The notes: generated by a model not told the origin, from the sequence alone. Counted from the first letter of the whole stretch, positions 26,501 through 40,017 are shown. The stretch is DNA of 62,904 nt, filler included, from Choristocarpus tenellus KU-1152 (GCA_964200185.2; 13 parts of 13 records of this genome joined end to end with filler, not necessarily neighbours in it); one strand, 5' to 3'. Program-made: numbers and translations.

Positions 26501-26865
26501 ATTAGGCACAGATAACCATCTCAGATGTTGTCAGGACATTATTATTCTCGCGCACAACGATGGGACAACGTTCACATGCAATAAGCGAGTCACCGTCGAC
26601 GACATCTTTGGCCACGGGCGTGATGCTCCTCCGGTACTCCAAACCATGATGGACGTCGAGCACGAAGGTGCTGCAACGGACATCCCCATGAGGGCCCTCC
26701 ACTTCCTCGTTAACAGGTTCGTTAATAACGTCACACACATCCTTTTTCACAGAAGCAGCGATTTTTTTTTGTATAGGTGTAGGAGATCGTTAAACAGTAA
26801 CAGAATGAGCTGGGCAACAGGTCAGGGGCGTCAATCCATCCCATGAGTTTGTTTCCCGAATCGGT
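23575..26865 (+). pseudogene. Multi-exon pseudogene: acidic linker + PHD-like Cys/His finger + divergent amino-DNA-methyltransferase-like region
   Basis: Candidate exons 23575-23724, 24199-24596, 24992-~25270, ~25648-25910 and 26413-~26717 with GT/AG boundaries; the junctions 23724/24199, 24596/24992 and 25910/26413 are in phase. In-frame TGA (~24308) and TAA (~25038). Motifs CTEC..CPKC...HMGEC...CINC and a beta-class MTase-like order of segments. Confidence 0.5.
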
Positions 26866-27071
26866 ACGTTAAGCGTCAAAACGCACCAAGAGTGTGTTGC
26901 CCTGTATCGGAACGTTACTCATACATTGCGACATGATGAATCCGTGCGCAATACAATATACTCCATAGGGANNNNNNNNNNNNNNNNNNNNNNNNNNNNN
27001 NNNNNNNNNNNNNNNTTAATTAATTAANNNNNNNNNNNNNNNNNNNNNNNNNNNNNNNNNNNNNNNNNNNN

Positions 27072-27127
27072 TGAAAATCGAAAAAAGGGTGAAAAACGGA
27101 CGCCTACCCCCCCAGATACTTTGACCC
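27072..27127. mobile_element. MITE-like terminus (GGGTCAAAGTATCT variant) at contig edge
   Basis: CCCCCCAGATACTTTGACCC, the reverse complement of the terminus at 50192. Confidence 0.55.
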
Positions 27128-28450
27128 TTGGTGCCTTCAACGTTTGCTAGATGTTGTCATAGAGAAAGAGGGAACATACAACGAATATATCAGACTTCCT
27201 GCCCATAGAATCCTCGATGGTGGGAGAGGTTTAGCCCAGGTCGCCCACTGAAGGCTTGATGAGGTGTTCTACAACACTCCAGTAAAGATGCTTGTTTTGC
27301 GAGTGATTTCCTTCGGACTGGTCCCGGCATGAGGACGGAAATGGAAGATGCACCCAGATGGAGGAAACTGTTCTTATATTTAACCTGTTCACTCAGATGA
27401 TATGAAAACCACAACAAGGTCACAAATGCCCCGAATGGACACCTGACCCTACCACTAGGTTACTACAAGGCAAGAAGCAGATAGGGAGAAATAGAAGACA
27501 AAAAAATGTAAGTGGAAAGAAATGCTTAGAATATCTATTATTCAAAACAAACAAGATCAAGAGAAACAAGTGCATGCAAAAGAGAGAGTACAGATAGGTG
27601 TACCGAATAATCGGTTCCAATATGCAACAGGACAAAAATTAAGATCAAATGCCGCCGCTCAATTCTCATTCATTAGTAAGACCTGTTTATCCACAACATT
27701 TACCAAAACAGGTACACACATATTGTAACATTTGTGTCATCATGATAATATCAATGTTTTCCAATTTGTGAATACTGTCGAGGAGAGCAAGGCAGAAACT
27801 AATGGGATACGTTACCTGCCAGGTGCTATTAAATAAATATGTGAGGGCCCGGAAATGCCTTCAGGTGGACAGACATGCGATGCTAGGGTGGATAGAACCT
27901 GCTTTGTGTCCGAAGTTTTGTGCTCTATTGTACAGCTCCGCACCTCGCCCTGTATACCTGTCTGCACATTTTGATCATTTTATACCGAGCGAAAGTGGTT
28001 TAGTTCCTCACCTCATATCACGGCCATCACTCTTCACTATGCGTAAATCCTGGTAAGTGGGGTCAGTACTCCTATCCAAAATGTGGCACTTCGGAACGAT
28101 AAAACCACACGTCCTGAACCTTTCACAGGTGCATATTCAAGGTAGAAATGTTCAACTCTCAAAGCAAGATGAGCTCACTACAAATACACTAATTTTCGGT
28201 CTCTTTATTACTAGCAGTGTAAAATGGGGTAGTAGCTCATTCTCCTCAAAATAATACCCGTTCTCAAGAAAGAAAATGTATGTTTATGGTGAAGGGTCTC
28301 GGATATGCGTTGTTTATTATATTATTGCTACCCTATTGTATCCAAAATGTTAAAATGTACTTCGAAGTGTAAGGTTGGCGATCCTCCCAAGAGGAACAAC
28401 AATATCACAAAGGTCCTAGAGTGCCTACCCCTAGAAGAACAGGATGATGC

Positions 28451-31400
28451 ATGGTATTTGGGACCATAGTGCTCGACCTCAGGGATGAGCTTGTCGAGAA
28501 TGTAGCAGTTGTTCCAAGGTCTACAAGCGAGGCTGAAGAGAGTTGTGGATTGTCAGAAGACAAGGCTGAGACGCAGAGAGGTGATGCGATGGACGGCAAG
28601 TCAATTTGTATTTCCCTATGTTGAAGTGGCAGTCTTATTTCTTGACTTCCCTTTACGAGCACTGCCTAGCACATGCCATGGTGATACATAATTCTTCGAT
28701 GCTTATTCTTCGAGACGTTTATATGTACTGACACATGCTAGACGGTTCCTTGACCGATTACCTTGTGTTTTATGTTTCTCCTGTTCTTTACACCAAGCGA
28801 CAATTGTACAAAACACCACATTGAATAAATATTTTATGCTTTTTACCCGAGTGAAAATATCATGACCACGTAGACCATGGTTTAAACAAGGCAATTTTTT
28901 ACTCATGCCCACTTTACAGAGTATCATCATACCTGACGTAAATTTAAGGCAAGGATGCTTCACCAGCATAATGGTTCAAAGTATCTGGGGGGGGCGTGGC
29001 GGTTGTCCATTTGGGGTCAATTTTTTCCTGTCGCGATTTTTTGGACCATTTGGTTGCATGCGTTGAATGGATAATTTAAGTGCATAGTTCCTGGTTTGAA
29101 CTCAAAATGGACACCCTGGTGTAGACCTACTTTGAGTCAATACACGATAAATCGAGTTTGGACGACCAAGCACGTACTGTTGTATATATACTTCGAAATA
29201 ATAAACACTCAGAAAGTAGTTCCACAGAGGTCTGGGGCGGCGGACGATTTCCTCTTTTTTTCCTGAACAATCAAATCATGTTGGTGATAATCAATATATG
29301 ATCGAAGCGTAGTGTAACGGCTTTTTGACCTCATCTCCGACACAGAGAACTGCAGTGGTTGTGCTTTCATTGAGTTGGAGCTCTATAGAATGCCTAGCCC
29401 TGCTGCTGTCACTGGAGATAGAGACGGCGAGACAGCCGATTCACAAGCTCCCACCTCCTACACAGAACGTGAAACCTCTGACCCTGTTGGAGGTGATGAT
29501 GGCGAAGAGGACCAATGCGACAAGGAGGCTCGGTCGTCCGAAATTACATATAGTATGGACGCTGGCCTGAAGCTGGGTCCCAGTGATAGAGGTGGGTCGG
29601 CGAGAGGAAGCAAAACATTAGACGAAGATGCGGCAGTGGGTTCAATATCCCACGTACTCAAGACCGCCTTCAAGGAGTTGTATGGAGGGCGATGGGGTGG
29701 GGAGTCTCCATTCCAACAAGACACTGAAGTCACGATTCAAAGCGAAAAAGAAGTGGGACCTGGAGCTATTACTGAGGATGATAGAGACAGGGGTACAAGT
29801 AGAGACGAGGAGGGGGATAGTAAGGATTCTGATCATGGTGAGGACACTCTCAACGAAAGTGATGGGGAGAAAAACGCGGAAGATCCAGGGAAGACTAAAG
29901 GAAGGGGCATCGAGGATGACACAGGTTGTACAGATGTGGAGAACGGAGCGGGTGAAGAGGAACCAGAAGTGGTTTCAGACGAAAGTGGAGAAGAGAGTTC
30001 AGGAGATGCTCGAGACAAGGCGGAGATAGAACAGCGGTGAGAATCTTGTGGCCTTCTTTCCTCCTTTGGCCTTTTCGTAGTGAGAAGGGATTAGTATGGA
30101 GTGTAACTGTGCGTTCAGGTTCACCGTATACTCCTGATATGTCAGTTAGTTGTTGTCTTAAAACTTATTCGTTTGAGTATAGCTTAGCATGTCTTGTTGC
30201 ATTTATTTTAAGAGTGCAAACAGTATACGTCAGAGCAAGTCTTCAACAGCAACAATGTAGAGAGTCCTACTAAGAAATTCAAACAGAAGTAGATCTTCAG
30301 AATCGAGGTAGAGTTGTGCTACTGCAATCAACAGTAGAGTCTAGTGGACTCCTTTCTGAGGAGATTTTACCTACTGTGACATATACCATAACAAATGTGT
30401 AGGCTTCTGATCTGGATCTGGGAATGGACAGAGAGCGCTGGTATGTATTGCGTTGTAGCTGGTTGAGATGGGTTCATTGTGTTTTTGAGTCTAAGCTGGG
30501 AATAAATATATGTGTCTGTCTGTGTGCCTTCTGGGAATGATACACAGATTTAATGGGGGATTCACGACCAATCAAAGTTTTCAGAAAAAATAGTTTGCCT
30601 TCGCACAATAAAATTTATGCCATTGAGTGAAAGTATCTTAAAGGGTATGGGTTTTGCCCTGTTTGTCCATTTGGGGCTTGGCTTCCCATGGGTTCTTTTA
30701 TGAAATTTTCCTGCTCCAAAGTATCTAGGAGTAGGTAAAGTGTGTATCTTATGAAAATGTGTTTCCGGAACATGGATATTGACACTTCCTAACAAACACA
30801 ATAGTCAAAATTGCGTCAAGATCACAACATTGGATATTGGCCCCCAAATGGACGCGGCTCTACCCTCTATGATACTTCGGCTCATTTATATCTATAAGTT
30901 GAGCACCTCAACAAAATATCATGCATTTGTCAGCACCTCTGAGGGGGAAAGTATAAGAATTGAGCACTTCAAGAATTGTCAAGCAGTGGAATACTACCTT
31001 GAATATTTTTTCAGAGCTGGGCACAGCAGTTGGGGATTGTGGAGGATACTACATTACCAATGAACTGGTGTCAGTGCAACATCTGACTATACCAGACCAC
31101 CAATGGGAAGTACTTATATATTTGGGAAATCAAGAATGATGCATACTGCAGACAAGGGAGGAGTTGAGAAACGAAAACTTGAATGTATACTGCTGGAGTG
31201 AATGGCATGTCAACACAAGTCTATTTCCGCAGTAATGCTCCTGTGCCAATGCAGATGAGAAAATAGGTGGTGCTGTGGTTGCAGGAAAGGGGATGATATT
31301 GTACAGGAAACACTAATTTTTTATGTAGAGCCTGCACTAGGCCACTGCATTCACTTGAATGGTGTTAGTTATAAATGACCCCTAACCTTTCAATTTATTT

Positions 31401-33762
31401 TCACAATTCTGGTTCACTTGCTAATGGTGATTCAACATGAATAATAAATAGATTAAAAAATAATAATAATGGAGTGTGAGCGCGTGTGAACGTAGGTTTG
31501 TATATGCTGCACGCATTAGTTGTTCCCTCCTCCAGGTTTAACGGCATCACTTAGTTGGTGGAGCAGTGAGAGCACCCAACTGACATATTGCGTAGATATT
31601 AAAGTTTACAACATGTATATTTTTGGTTAACCTGACTCAGCCCCCCTCCCTCCCTCTTGAGATCCTGTCAAAACCTAGCTGTGGATATTATATCCCAAGG
31701 CTGTTCTAATTCTTAGGTTGGTTCCCAGCAGCAAGAACACATTTCTGTTACTGGGAATGATTTAACCCAACGACCAGGCAAATGATCCAAAATAGACTGA
31801 AAGGAAGCACATTATTCTAAAGAGCTGATACGAGCCCATCTTGTCACATTGTGTCAAGTCTTAAGAAAGGGCAGTAAATAAACCTGGAGGGTATGAGTGG
31901 CTGAGCAGAAACATGGACCGACACAGCTTAACTCCTTGTATGATAATAATACATTGCTATCTCTCATTGACAGAGCAGAGCCAGTGCCATTTCCTCACTA
32001 TAATTGTAAAGTTTTGACTGCGTTTTACGTGGGAGAGGTGACTAGTTTGTTATGAGTGAAGCAAGTGCCAAACCCACCGATTTATTCTCAAAATGTTTTC
32101 CTTTTTACGCTATTGGTTAAGCACTTTCTCATGGCACAACGGTAGGAAACGTAGCTGGCACAGGTTGACTTTGTTTGAGTTTTAACCGAACATGGTGCAA
32201 TGTGAAGCATGAAGTGCATGGACTGAGCACGACCTATCTGTTTCAATTAGCTGAAAATTCGACATAATGCATAGGCAAAGTGGAAGACCACATCAACACT
32301 TAGTTTCTCCTGCAGCTCTGTAATAGGCCAGAGTATCAAATCCTCCCAAAAAGTAAGTTGAGGCAAAAGAGAGGGCAGAAGAGGGGGATGAGAAGAAGAA
32401 TGGAGACAGTTGACATCGCATTCCCACTATAGGAGGATTTGGACAGATTATATTTTGCATTTCATTTTCTGTCCTGTTCTATTATATTATATTTCGTTAC
32501 ATTGTATTCTAGTATCACTTTATTGTGCGTGATTCTATTCTATTCTATTCTATTCTATATTCCTTTCTTTGATATCTCTCTCTTTGTTATCCATATTTTC
32601 TTGTCATTTCTACATCTTCGTGAAACACACATGTTTCCTTCCTTGTCACTACATCTCTCTCCCCTCATCCATTTTGATCAGACTATGAAAGCGTCAACAA
32701 CATTAGTAACAGAATTGGATTTGAAGAACAGAGCTAGGTGCTTTGCCACTGACAGAGAGGTTGATTTGTTCATGTTGATGTAGTTTACGCAAGACTGGCC
32801 CCAATTAATAAGGAGGTAGGAGGGTTTGCAGGAAAAAGCATTGCACAGTGTTTAACTTGATTGGGCACCCGTGTCAATTTCTACCTTTTTGTATTTCTAC
32901 CTTTTTGTAGCATTAACCATTGCTACCATTACAGATGTCCTCTGTTCAACCCACTGTCATAAATGTGTTCAGATGTGGTGGAGCATTATCACCAAACCAG
33001 ACTTTTCCGCATCCTGTGATATCAATAGTAACATTGCCAATTGGCACTACTGTACTAAAAGGAGGCTTTCCTGTGACTATCTTTTTCATTGATTGTACTT
33101 TGTCTCCAAATACACCCACCAGGCTGCTTGACATCAGATATGATCTGGAGTTGAAGAGGAAGCAGGCCTCTGGATTGCTTCAGTACGTCAAGGAAAGGAG
33201 AGAGGCGGCAGAAATCCTGGACAGGTGCTCTCATTGTGCTTAGCAATCAAGGAATACTGTAAGTCTTGGAGTGTATTCAGGATAGGGGGGGTGCAAGACA
33301 CCCCAAAATGATGCTAGTAGGCAGCAGGCTTTCCTTATATACGATCTGCTTGTGTTAGTCAAGGGAGACAAGTGAATGGTGCTGATTGGCCAGCTTTTCC
33401 CTCTCACCCCCCGCCCCCCGCAAAATTCTTGGTGACATTCCCTGAGGAAAACTAACCTCATTGTTTCCTAATGGAAAAATAGAGTTGTTTGCACACAAGA
33501 AAAAGCAAGAGGCAACGGATGTCAAAATATTCAAAAATTCAACTGAAATATGTAGAAATTGACACAGTAAGATAAATCTCTACCTGGGTGGAAAATGCAT
33601 CCCTTAGGCTGAAACGCAGTATAAATCCTATCATATTAATATCGAGTTTGTGTTTCAAATAGAGTCCCCCCTTCACTCTTCCTTATTCTTGGCATGGTTC
33701 CTGAAACAGAAACACAAATAAATATATATATGCAGCAAGTGTGATGAGAAAGAATAAATGGG

Positions 33763-33793
<31 letters not shown>

Positions 33794-36700
33794 CGGTATA
33801 TACCTGTCAGAGCTCTAGAACTCAGCTATTGTGTAGAGGGCTCTCAAATACAGTTCGACATATGCATTCACTTAGCCCTCTGAAAAAACAGCTCTTACTC
33901 TCTTTGATTCAAAACGCTTCCTGAATGGAGGGAGATCGAAATCGTTGCGCAGACCCAATTTGACAAATAGTCAAATTCAATTGATGCCACTTCCATCTTC
34001 AAAACCGTTCATCAATTTATTGCACCGTCTCTCCTACAACCATGATGAGATGTCTCCATACGCCCTCAATTTTGGGATCGCCCATGATACTGATTGTCAA
34101 TCTTTGTAGGTTTGATGTCAAAGAATGGACTATTATCGATTGATCACAGTAGGAATTCCCCTGACAGGAGTCCCCTTCTCCCAGGACTCTTGCTTCTGTT
34201 TAAGACGTCAAAGTGCAGTAGTCGCAACACTTGAAAGGTGGTAATATGCACATTCAATTAAAGATGCCCTTGTCCTTGAAGTTGGATGGCGAGGGTGCCT
34301 TACCACTGAAGAGTGCCACAAAGTATGACTTCAGAAGATAGTGAAGTATTGCTGTTGGTATTTTTTTTTTAATATACTACAGATCCTGATTTGAAATTTG
34401 TGGATTTGCACCAATGCATTGAGTTGATGATGGCGGAATGTTGCATATATTGAGTCAAAGCGAGAGGTACCCAGACTTACGTTTTAAGGGTGCTGACAAA
34501 TATGCACAAAATTCGGCCTTTTTTACAAATGTGTATAGGACATTTTTTCTTAGTTGCTGCAACATTTTTCAAACAATAGAGAAACCCACGGTCTAAAGTC
34601 AAGGTTAGAATTTCATCTATAGAAATAAAAAAAATATGGGGGAATTGCAAAAGACTGAAAAACAGACTTAAAAAGTAAAACTACCAAGACCTGGGTACCT
34701 CTCGTTGACTTCGACTCATCGTCAAGAAAGATTTTTAACATGTGGTAAAAATAATAAAAAGAATTTGACTCCCGGTGAAAAACAAAATAATAAAAAGAAT
34801 GAAGGGAAAGAAATGGTATCTGCAAGTTTCCCCTCCGTCATAGGGAGCGGTGAATAAAGGCTGGTCGGAGTGTCCAATAATATGCCCAAAGATGAAAGTG
34901 GTGTCCAATAATAAGGCAGGAAACTGTGGTGCCCAATGCACACCATGAGTGGTTTATTCCAATGGTTGGCTGATCAGCACTATTCACAATTCCCCTTAGT
35001 GAGCCAATCAACTAGAGTAAGTATATGAAAGCCTGCCACCTATTTTCTGGGTGTTTGTTCGATTCCCCCTATCATGGAGATGCTTGAACTCTCTAAACTA
35101 TTTATTTCTCCAAGCGGTAAGAGGAAAGAACACACCGCCTCTGATGTGTTGGGCACTCCTCCCACCCAGGGAACAAGACACGATCCTCAAGAAGCAGGGT
35201 ATCTTGTTAGGTGCACACATTCCTCCTGGCGGGAGCAATATCCACATGGATCGGGTCCATCTTGCCACGTTTGGTGGTTTGAGTGATTGTGCGCTTTCTG
35301 GAGGCGAGTTAGTTGAAAATAATCAAGATGCAGCACTCAGGAGGTCTGGCAATCTTCCTTGGGACAAGGGTGGGTGAGTAAACAAGCTGTTGCCAACAGT
35401 TCTGCATGTTGACTCAATTGTTCTGAATATGTCAACTGCGTTACGCTGTATACTCTACCCTCTTTACTCTTCCTTTTCTTCCTTTCAGCTGTACAATGTA
35501 TGGCAAGGTCTTACCCACCTTCCTGCGACTTCAAATACAAGCATACCAGAACCTTTGACTCTTGCACATTGAAACGAAGATTCGAACTTGGTCTTTCTTT
35601 TTCGGGATGGCACTAATACGAAATTGAAGTGTTTTCTGACAGATGTATATACAAATGGTTATATGGTAGTTTAGACGTTACCAAATCAAAAAGGACTGCA
35701 ACTCGATCTGGAAGAAGTCTCTATACTTGAAGTGTATTTGTTTAAGTGATATTTGTTATATGCTTAGGTGAGCAATTAGGTGCCAATACTTGACAAAGAT
35801 ATTTATTGAAATATCATCATTATACACAAACATACTCTGTATACACATTTGAGATTTTGCATCCCACAGTTTATGACAGAACATCTTTACATAAAAAAAA
35901 TGTAGGAATCCCAAGAGGAAGGGCATAGCAAGAGGAATCCCACAAGAGCCCCCTGGCTATCTCAAGCAAACAGAGACAGTAGTCACGAGAGAGATCTTAG
36001 CTCTGGGGCGAAGCCGGGGAAGGAGGGGGAAAAAACGGTCAGCAGGAGGAGCCTCTACCGCTGCCACTATGGGAAACAAAATATCAAGGATGAAAACAGA
36101 GGTGGGGTTTGATGTCTTGGGGGTGGATATGGATACGGAAGATGGGGTCAAATCTGAGGTGATGGGGATGTATGTCCAAGGTGCTTGAAAGAAGTGTGAG
36201 ACTTGGTATCAATAATGGTGTTGATGAGGGACAAATGGTATCTTGTGAGACTGTCCAGGCGAGAAGGCACAGTAGGAACGAATATCAACCATGTGTTGTT
36301 GTCTAGTGTGTACGTTGCAAGCTATACTACAACGGTAGTGTACTCAATTGCCATAGCTTTTGAAACGAGCATAATAACAAATGAGTTGTGATCCTCAAAA
36401 ATATGACAATATATAAATGATAAATTCTCCTTGACATCTATCCCAGCGCTTGCAGGCGGGCTTGAGCTCCTATTTAGCCCCTTTCCCACGGGGTCATCAG
36501 TTATCTCCCTTTTCCCATCACACATAGGATCAGAAATGAGCCCAAACAGACTAACTGAGCTCCCTTAGCTCTTGCTCTGGGGCAGTTGCTCGGTATCTCA
36601 GTTGCCGACTGGTACCAGCACAGCAAAGTCAATGCAACATATCATTAGTAACCCTCCACAAATGGTGGTTATTAGCTTCAGCACTGTCGTTGAGACCTGT

Positions 36701-38642
36701 GAGTTGTCTTTGCAGGCTGGTTGAAGATCCCCTGCCCCCTTGCTGGTGGTTGTATTCAATGATTGCAGTCATTGAATACCTGCAGGGGCAGGGGAGCGCC
36801 TGTGCTGCTATTTGAGGCTTGCTGCAGATCCTTAAACTTGTAGAAGGTTGTGGGTACAGGGCCCCTGTAGGGAAGGAAACTGTTTTTATTCTCTCATATA
36901 GTTCGATCAAGATAGATACCCTCTTTTGTAAATACAAAGGGGAGCTCCAGACACTCACAAGGGTCGGCTCTAGGACTCAAGGGTGGAATAATAAATTACA
37001 ATACTGTCAAATGTGATGAGACCACTGCTTGTACGCTCTCATGGGATAGAGCCACTGCCCAAAGTCGGGTGGGAAGAGAGTGCCAATGACCTCACGAGTA
37101 GCAGTTGGTGTTGTGGGTAGGGTTCCTCTTGTGAAGGGGACTCGGTCTGCATATTCTCAATTACTTTGATAGAGGTAGCTACAGGGTGACTGCCCCCTGG
37201 CAAGGTGACAGGCGGCCTGAAACAGCTGACTGAAAATCTCGAGGACTGTATCAACTGCTGAATGTTTAGATTGCCGCATTTGAATGATTGCTGCTCGTGC
37301 ACTCCTGGTCCTTGACTTGCTATTCCCAAATCTCAGGGATTCCTGTCCTCTCTTGCGCCCCCTGCCTTGTCAGAACATCAACGGTGTAAGCCTAACCCTA
37401 ACCCTATACCCATACCTATACTTATCCCTATACTTGTACCTATCCCTAATCTCCACTACTGCCAATGAGCTCGTTGATTTTTTCGTCTATATCTATTGAT
37501 AGTCAAAGTAAGCGGGAGGTACCCAGAGTTGCATTTCAAGAATACCGGCAATTATGTGCCAAGTTTGACTTATTTTACAATTGCGTGCAGGATATTTTCC
37601 AAATTGTGTCGAACGTTTTAAACAAGAAAATAACAAAAAAGCCTCTCAGGTCAAGCTCAGCACTTCATCCATAGAAATATGGGTGAATTGAAAATGATCG
37701 AAAAATAGAGTCCCAATACAAAACTGCCAGAAACTGGGTATCTCTAGTTTGCTTTGGCCCTGAAATGCTGAGGTCATTCTCTGCCCTACCATGACCAGGT
37801 CTTGTCTGTCTCCACAATGTTTTAGTTAGTGCGCACCTGCTATAAGCTGTTGTGTATAGTCAAGAAATCTCGGCCATATCACACCAGATACAAACGCCTT
37901 TACACATTTCAACAAAACATCACAAATTCTTCGCATTGGAAGTGTGCCTTACACCACTGACATTATGTTGTGCATTCTTCGGCCTGAAGGCATTTCAGAC
38001 CAATGCTATGATTGTTTGGGAACCATTGGTGGTATGGAATGATGTCAGAATATTCTCATGGCTCCAACAAGCCCTTGTGTGACGTGATGCTGTCCTTCAT
38101 TCTAACTAGCTTGTTTTCCTGTTTTTTCTTTTTCTTTTTCCGTTCTTCATTGCAGTAGTTCCCAGTTTTCCTGTTGTTTCTGGTGATCACTGCTGAAAGC
38201 CTTAAACCAGGCTAGCTGCTTTGCCTATTCAAATGACTGCACAGAGTCTCTAGACTAAGTATATGTTTGCCAGAAATGTTATGAACTTCTGTATGGTTGC
38301 AGCAGTATATAATTGTGCTGGTGGGGGCAATATGAGAAAAAATCGAGCACCACTGAAGGAACTTATTGTTTTCTCAAGACGCTCAGAGCGTATTTTGCTA
38401 TCATAGCAAAACTCTATAGTTAGCTTTGCTCCGACTATTGCAGTTGTTAGACTAAAACAGTTTCTTTGGACCACTAACAGAGCTGCACTCTGGCTTGCAG
38501 AATTGACATTGGGATGTACTACTTTCCATTGCTTCTCCTCACAGCCTGCTACCCCAGAAGACAAGGAGGAGCTCCAAGGACCTGGACAAGGGAATACACC
38601 TCTACCTTTGAGCACTGCTTTGGGTGCGTCCAGGACCAAGAA
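28451..38642 (+). CDS. Multi-exon gene of unknown function (acidic disordered region, then a predicted coiled coil); partial
   Basis: Phase-compatible GT-AG exons 28451-28580, 29346-30036, 33123-33224, 35906-36101 and 38545-38642; the junction reads AEIEQR|LLDIRYDLELKRKQASGLLQYVKERREAAEILDR. Confidence 0.5.
28973..29138 (-). mobile_element. MITE family B copy
   Basis: GGTTCAAAGTATCTGGG ... TACTTTGAGTC with AAT on both flanks. Confidence 0.85.
30625..30883 (+). mobile_element. MITE family A complete copy
   Basis: TIRs GAGTGAAAGTATCTTAAAGGGTA / TACCCTCTATGATACTTCGGCTC; ATT on both flanks. Confidence 0.9.
34452..34717 (+). mobile_element. MITE family C copy
   Basis: TIRs GAGTCAAAGCGAGAGGTACCCAG / CTGGGTACCTCTCGTTGACTTCGACTC; homologous to copies at 37500, 40018 and 43250. 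Confidence 0.85.
37390..37452. repeat. Degenerate telomere-like (CCCTAA) hexamer run
   Basis: CCTAACCCTAACCCTATACCCATACCTATAC... decays from CCCTAA units. Confidence 0.5.
37500..37760 (+). mobile_element. MITE family C copy
   Basis: TAGTCAAAGTAAGCGGGAGGTACCCAG ... CTGGGTATCTCTAGTTTGCTTTGGCCC; TGA on both flanks. Confidence 0.8.
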
Positions 38643-39704
38643 GTAAGCATGCATGTGCATCTGCAAACTGAATGCAGGGATGTATTGAGAAAATCAAAAT
38701 ATTGAGAATTTTCCGAAAAATATAATTTGAGATACACAGACAGGTATGGCCATGCGTACGGTTTCTCTTTCTTGATCTATCGTGTAGTGGCAGTACCTTC
38801 CAGGTATTATATTAGACCCCTGTGAGGGTGCATGTGAGGGACTTCAACTTGAGGAGCGCACAGCACAGACTCACAGGCACTCAAAACATATTTTTATGTT
38901 CTCAAGCATGCTTGATACTATGCACGCGAGGTGTACTGAAGTCCTAGTGCATGGTATGTATGCGCATGTATAAGAGTCTCTGCCTAGTACTCCGAGCAGT
39001 AGTGAACGTTTCGTTTAAAATACGTGGTAATCCTCAGTGCTACTGATCTTCACAGTCACTACCAGCAAGTACACAAATTCACATCACCCTTTGGCCCACT
39101 GGGGTACTCTAAGCAAAGTCAATATATGTGAGTGCTCAAGGACAAGATTTGAGAGGAGGGGGGATACATCTGCAGGATCCCTGAAAAAAAATTCCATGTA
39201 GGCACTGTTTTCGTCCTAGGCTCTCGATACTATGATATCAAATCATTGTGCAGAGTTCGAAATTATACGGAAGGTTGAGGTTACGCTCGCTTCAATTCCC
39301 TTCTTTTTATTGACTTGGAGTCTTTTTTTTTCAAGACCTATATATGCCAAATGAATTTCCAAGAGAACACACACACACACACACACACACACCAAGTTTT
39401 CTCTTGAAGTGTGAGGGTATAATCTTTTACGAATTGCGACTAATGCAAGATATGAAGGAATAAATAATAAGATATATATAATATAATAATCAAGATATGA
39501 AGGAATAAACAGGAAGAAATAAGCAGGCGTACGAAATCACATCCTTCAAGGGGGCTGAGTTTGTAAAGGTGTCAAGGAAGATCGAAATGTCCATTATTCT
39601 TGAAAACAGAGAACTTTAGTTACATTTATTCCGTTCTATGGGTGAGGGTAAGGATCACGGCCAGGGTTAAGACCTGAGGGTAAGGATCACGGCCCTCTTA
39701 TAAC

Positions 39705-39816
39705 AAGGATAATGAAATCTCCAAACAAACACAATGGCCAAAATTCCATGAAAATTTCATCATTGGATTTTGGCCCCCTAACGGACACGGCTATACCCTC
39801 TAAGATACTTTGGCTC
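39705..39816 (+). mobile_element. MITE family A 3' half
   Basis: Ends TACCCTCTAAGATACTTTGGCTC. Confidence 0.75.
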
Positions 39817-40017
39817 TATGTGCAAACCACCTGTGGTTCTAATTTAACAAAGAAGTTAGGTATAAAGGAAAACATGATCTGGAAAGAGGTGAGGGGTGCA
39901 AGAGTCTGTGAGGATTGTATCTAAAGGACTTCAGTCTGCACCCAGACAATACAGAGTCCCTTTCATTGTAAAAAGTAGGTTTACGCCGCATGCCACATAC
40001 ATATGTTCAATGTATGT

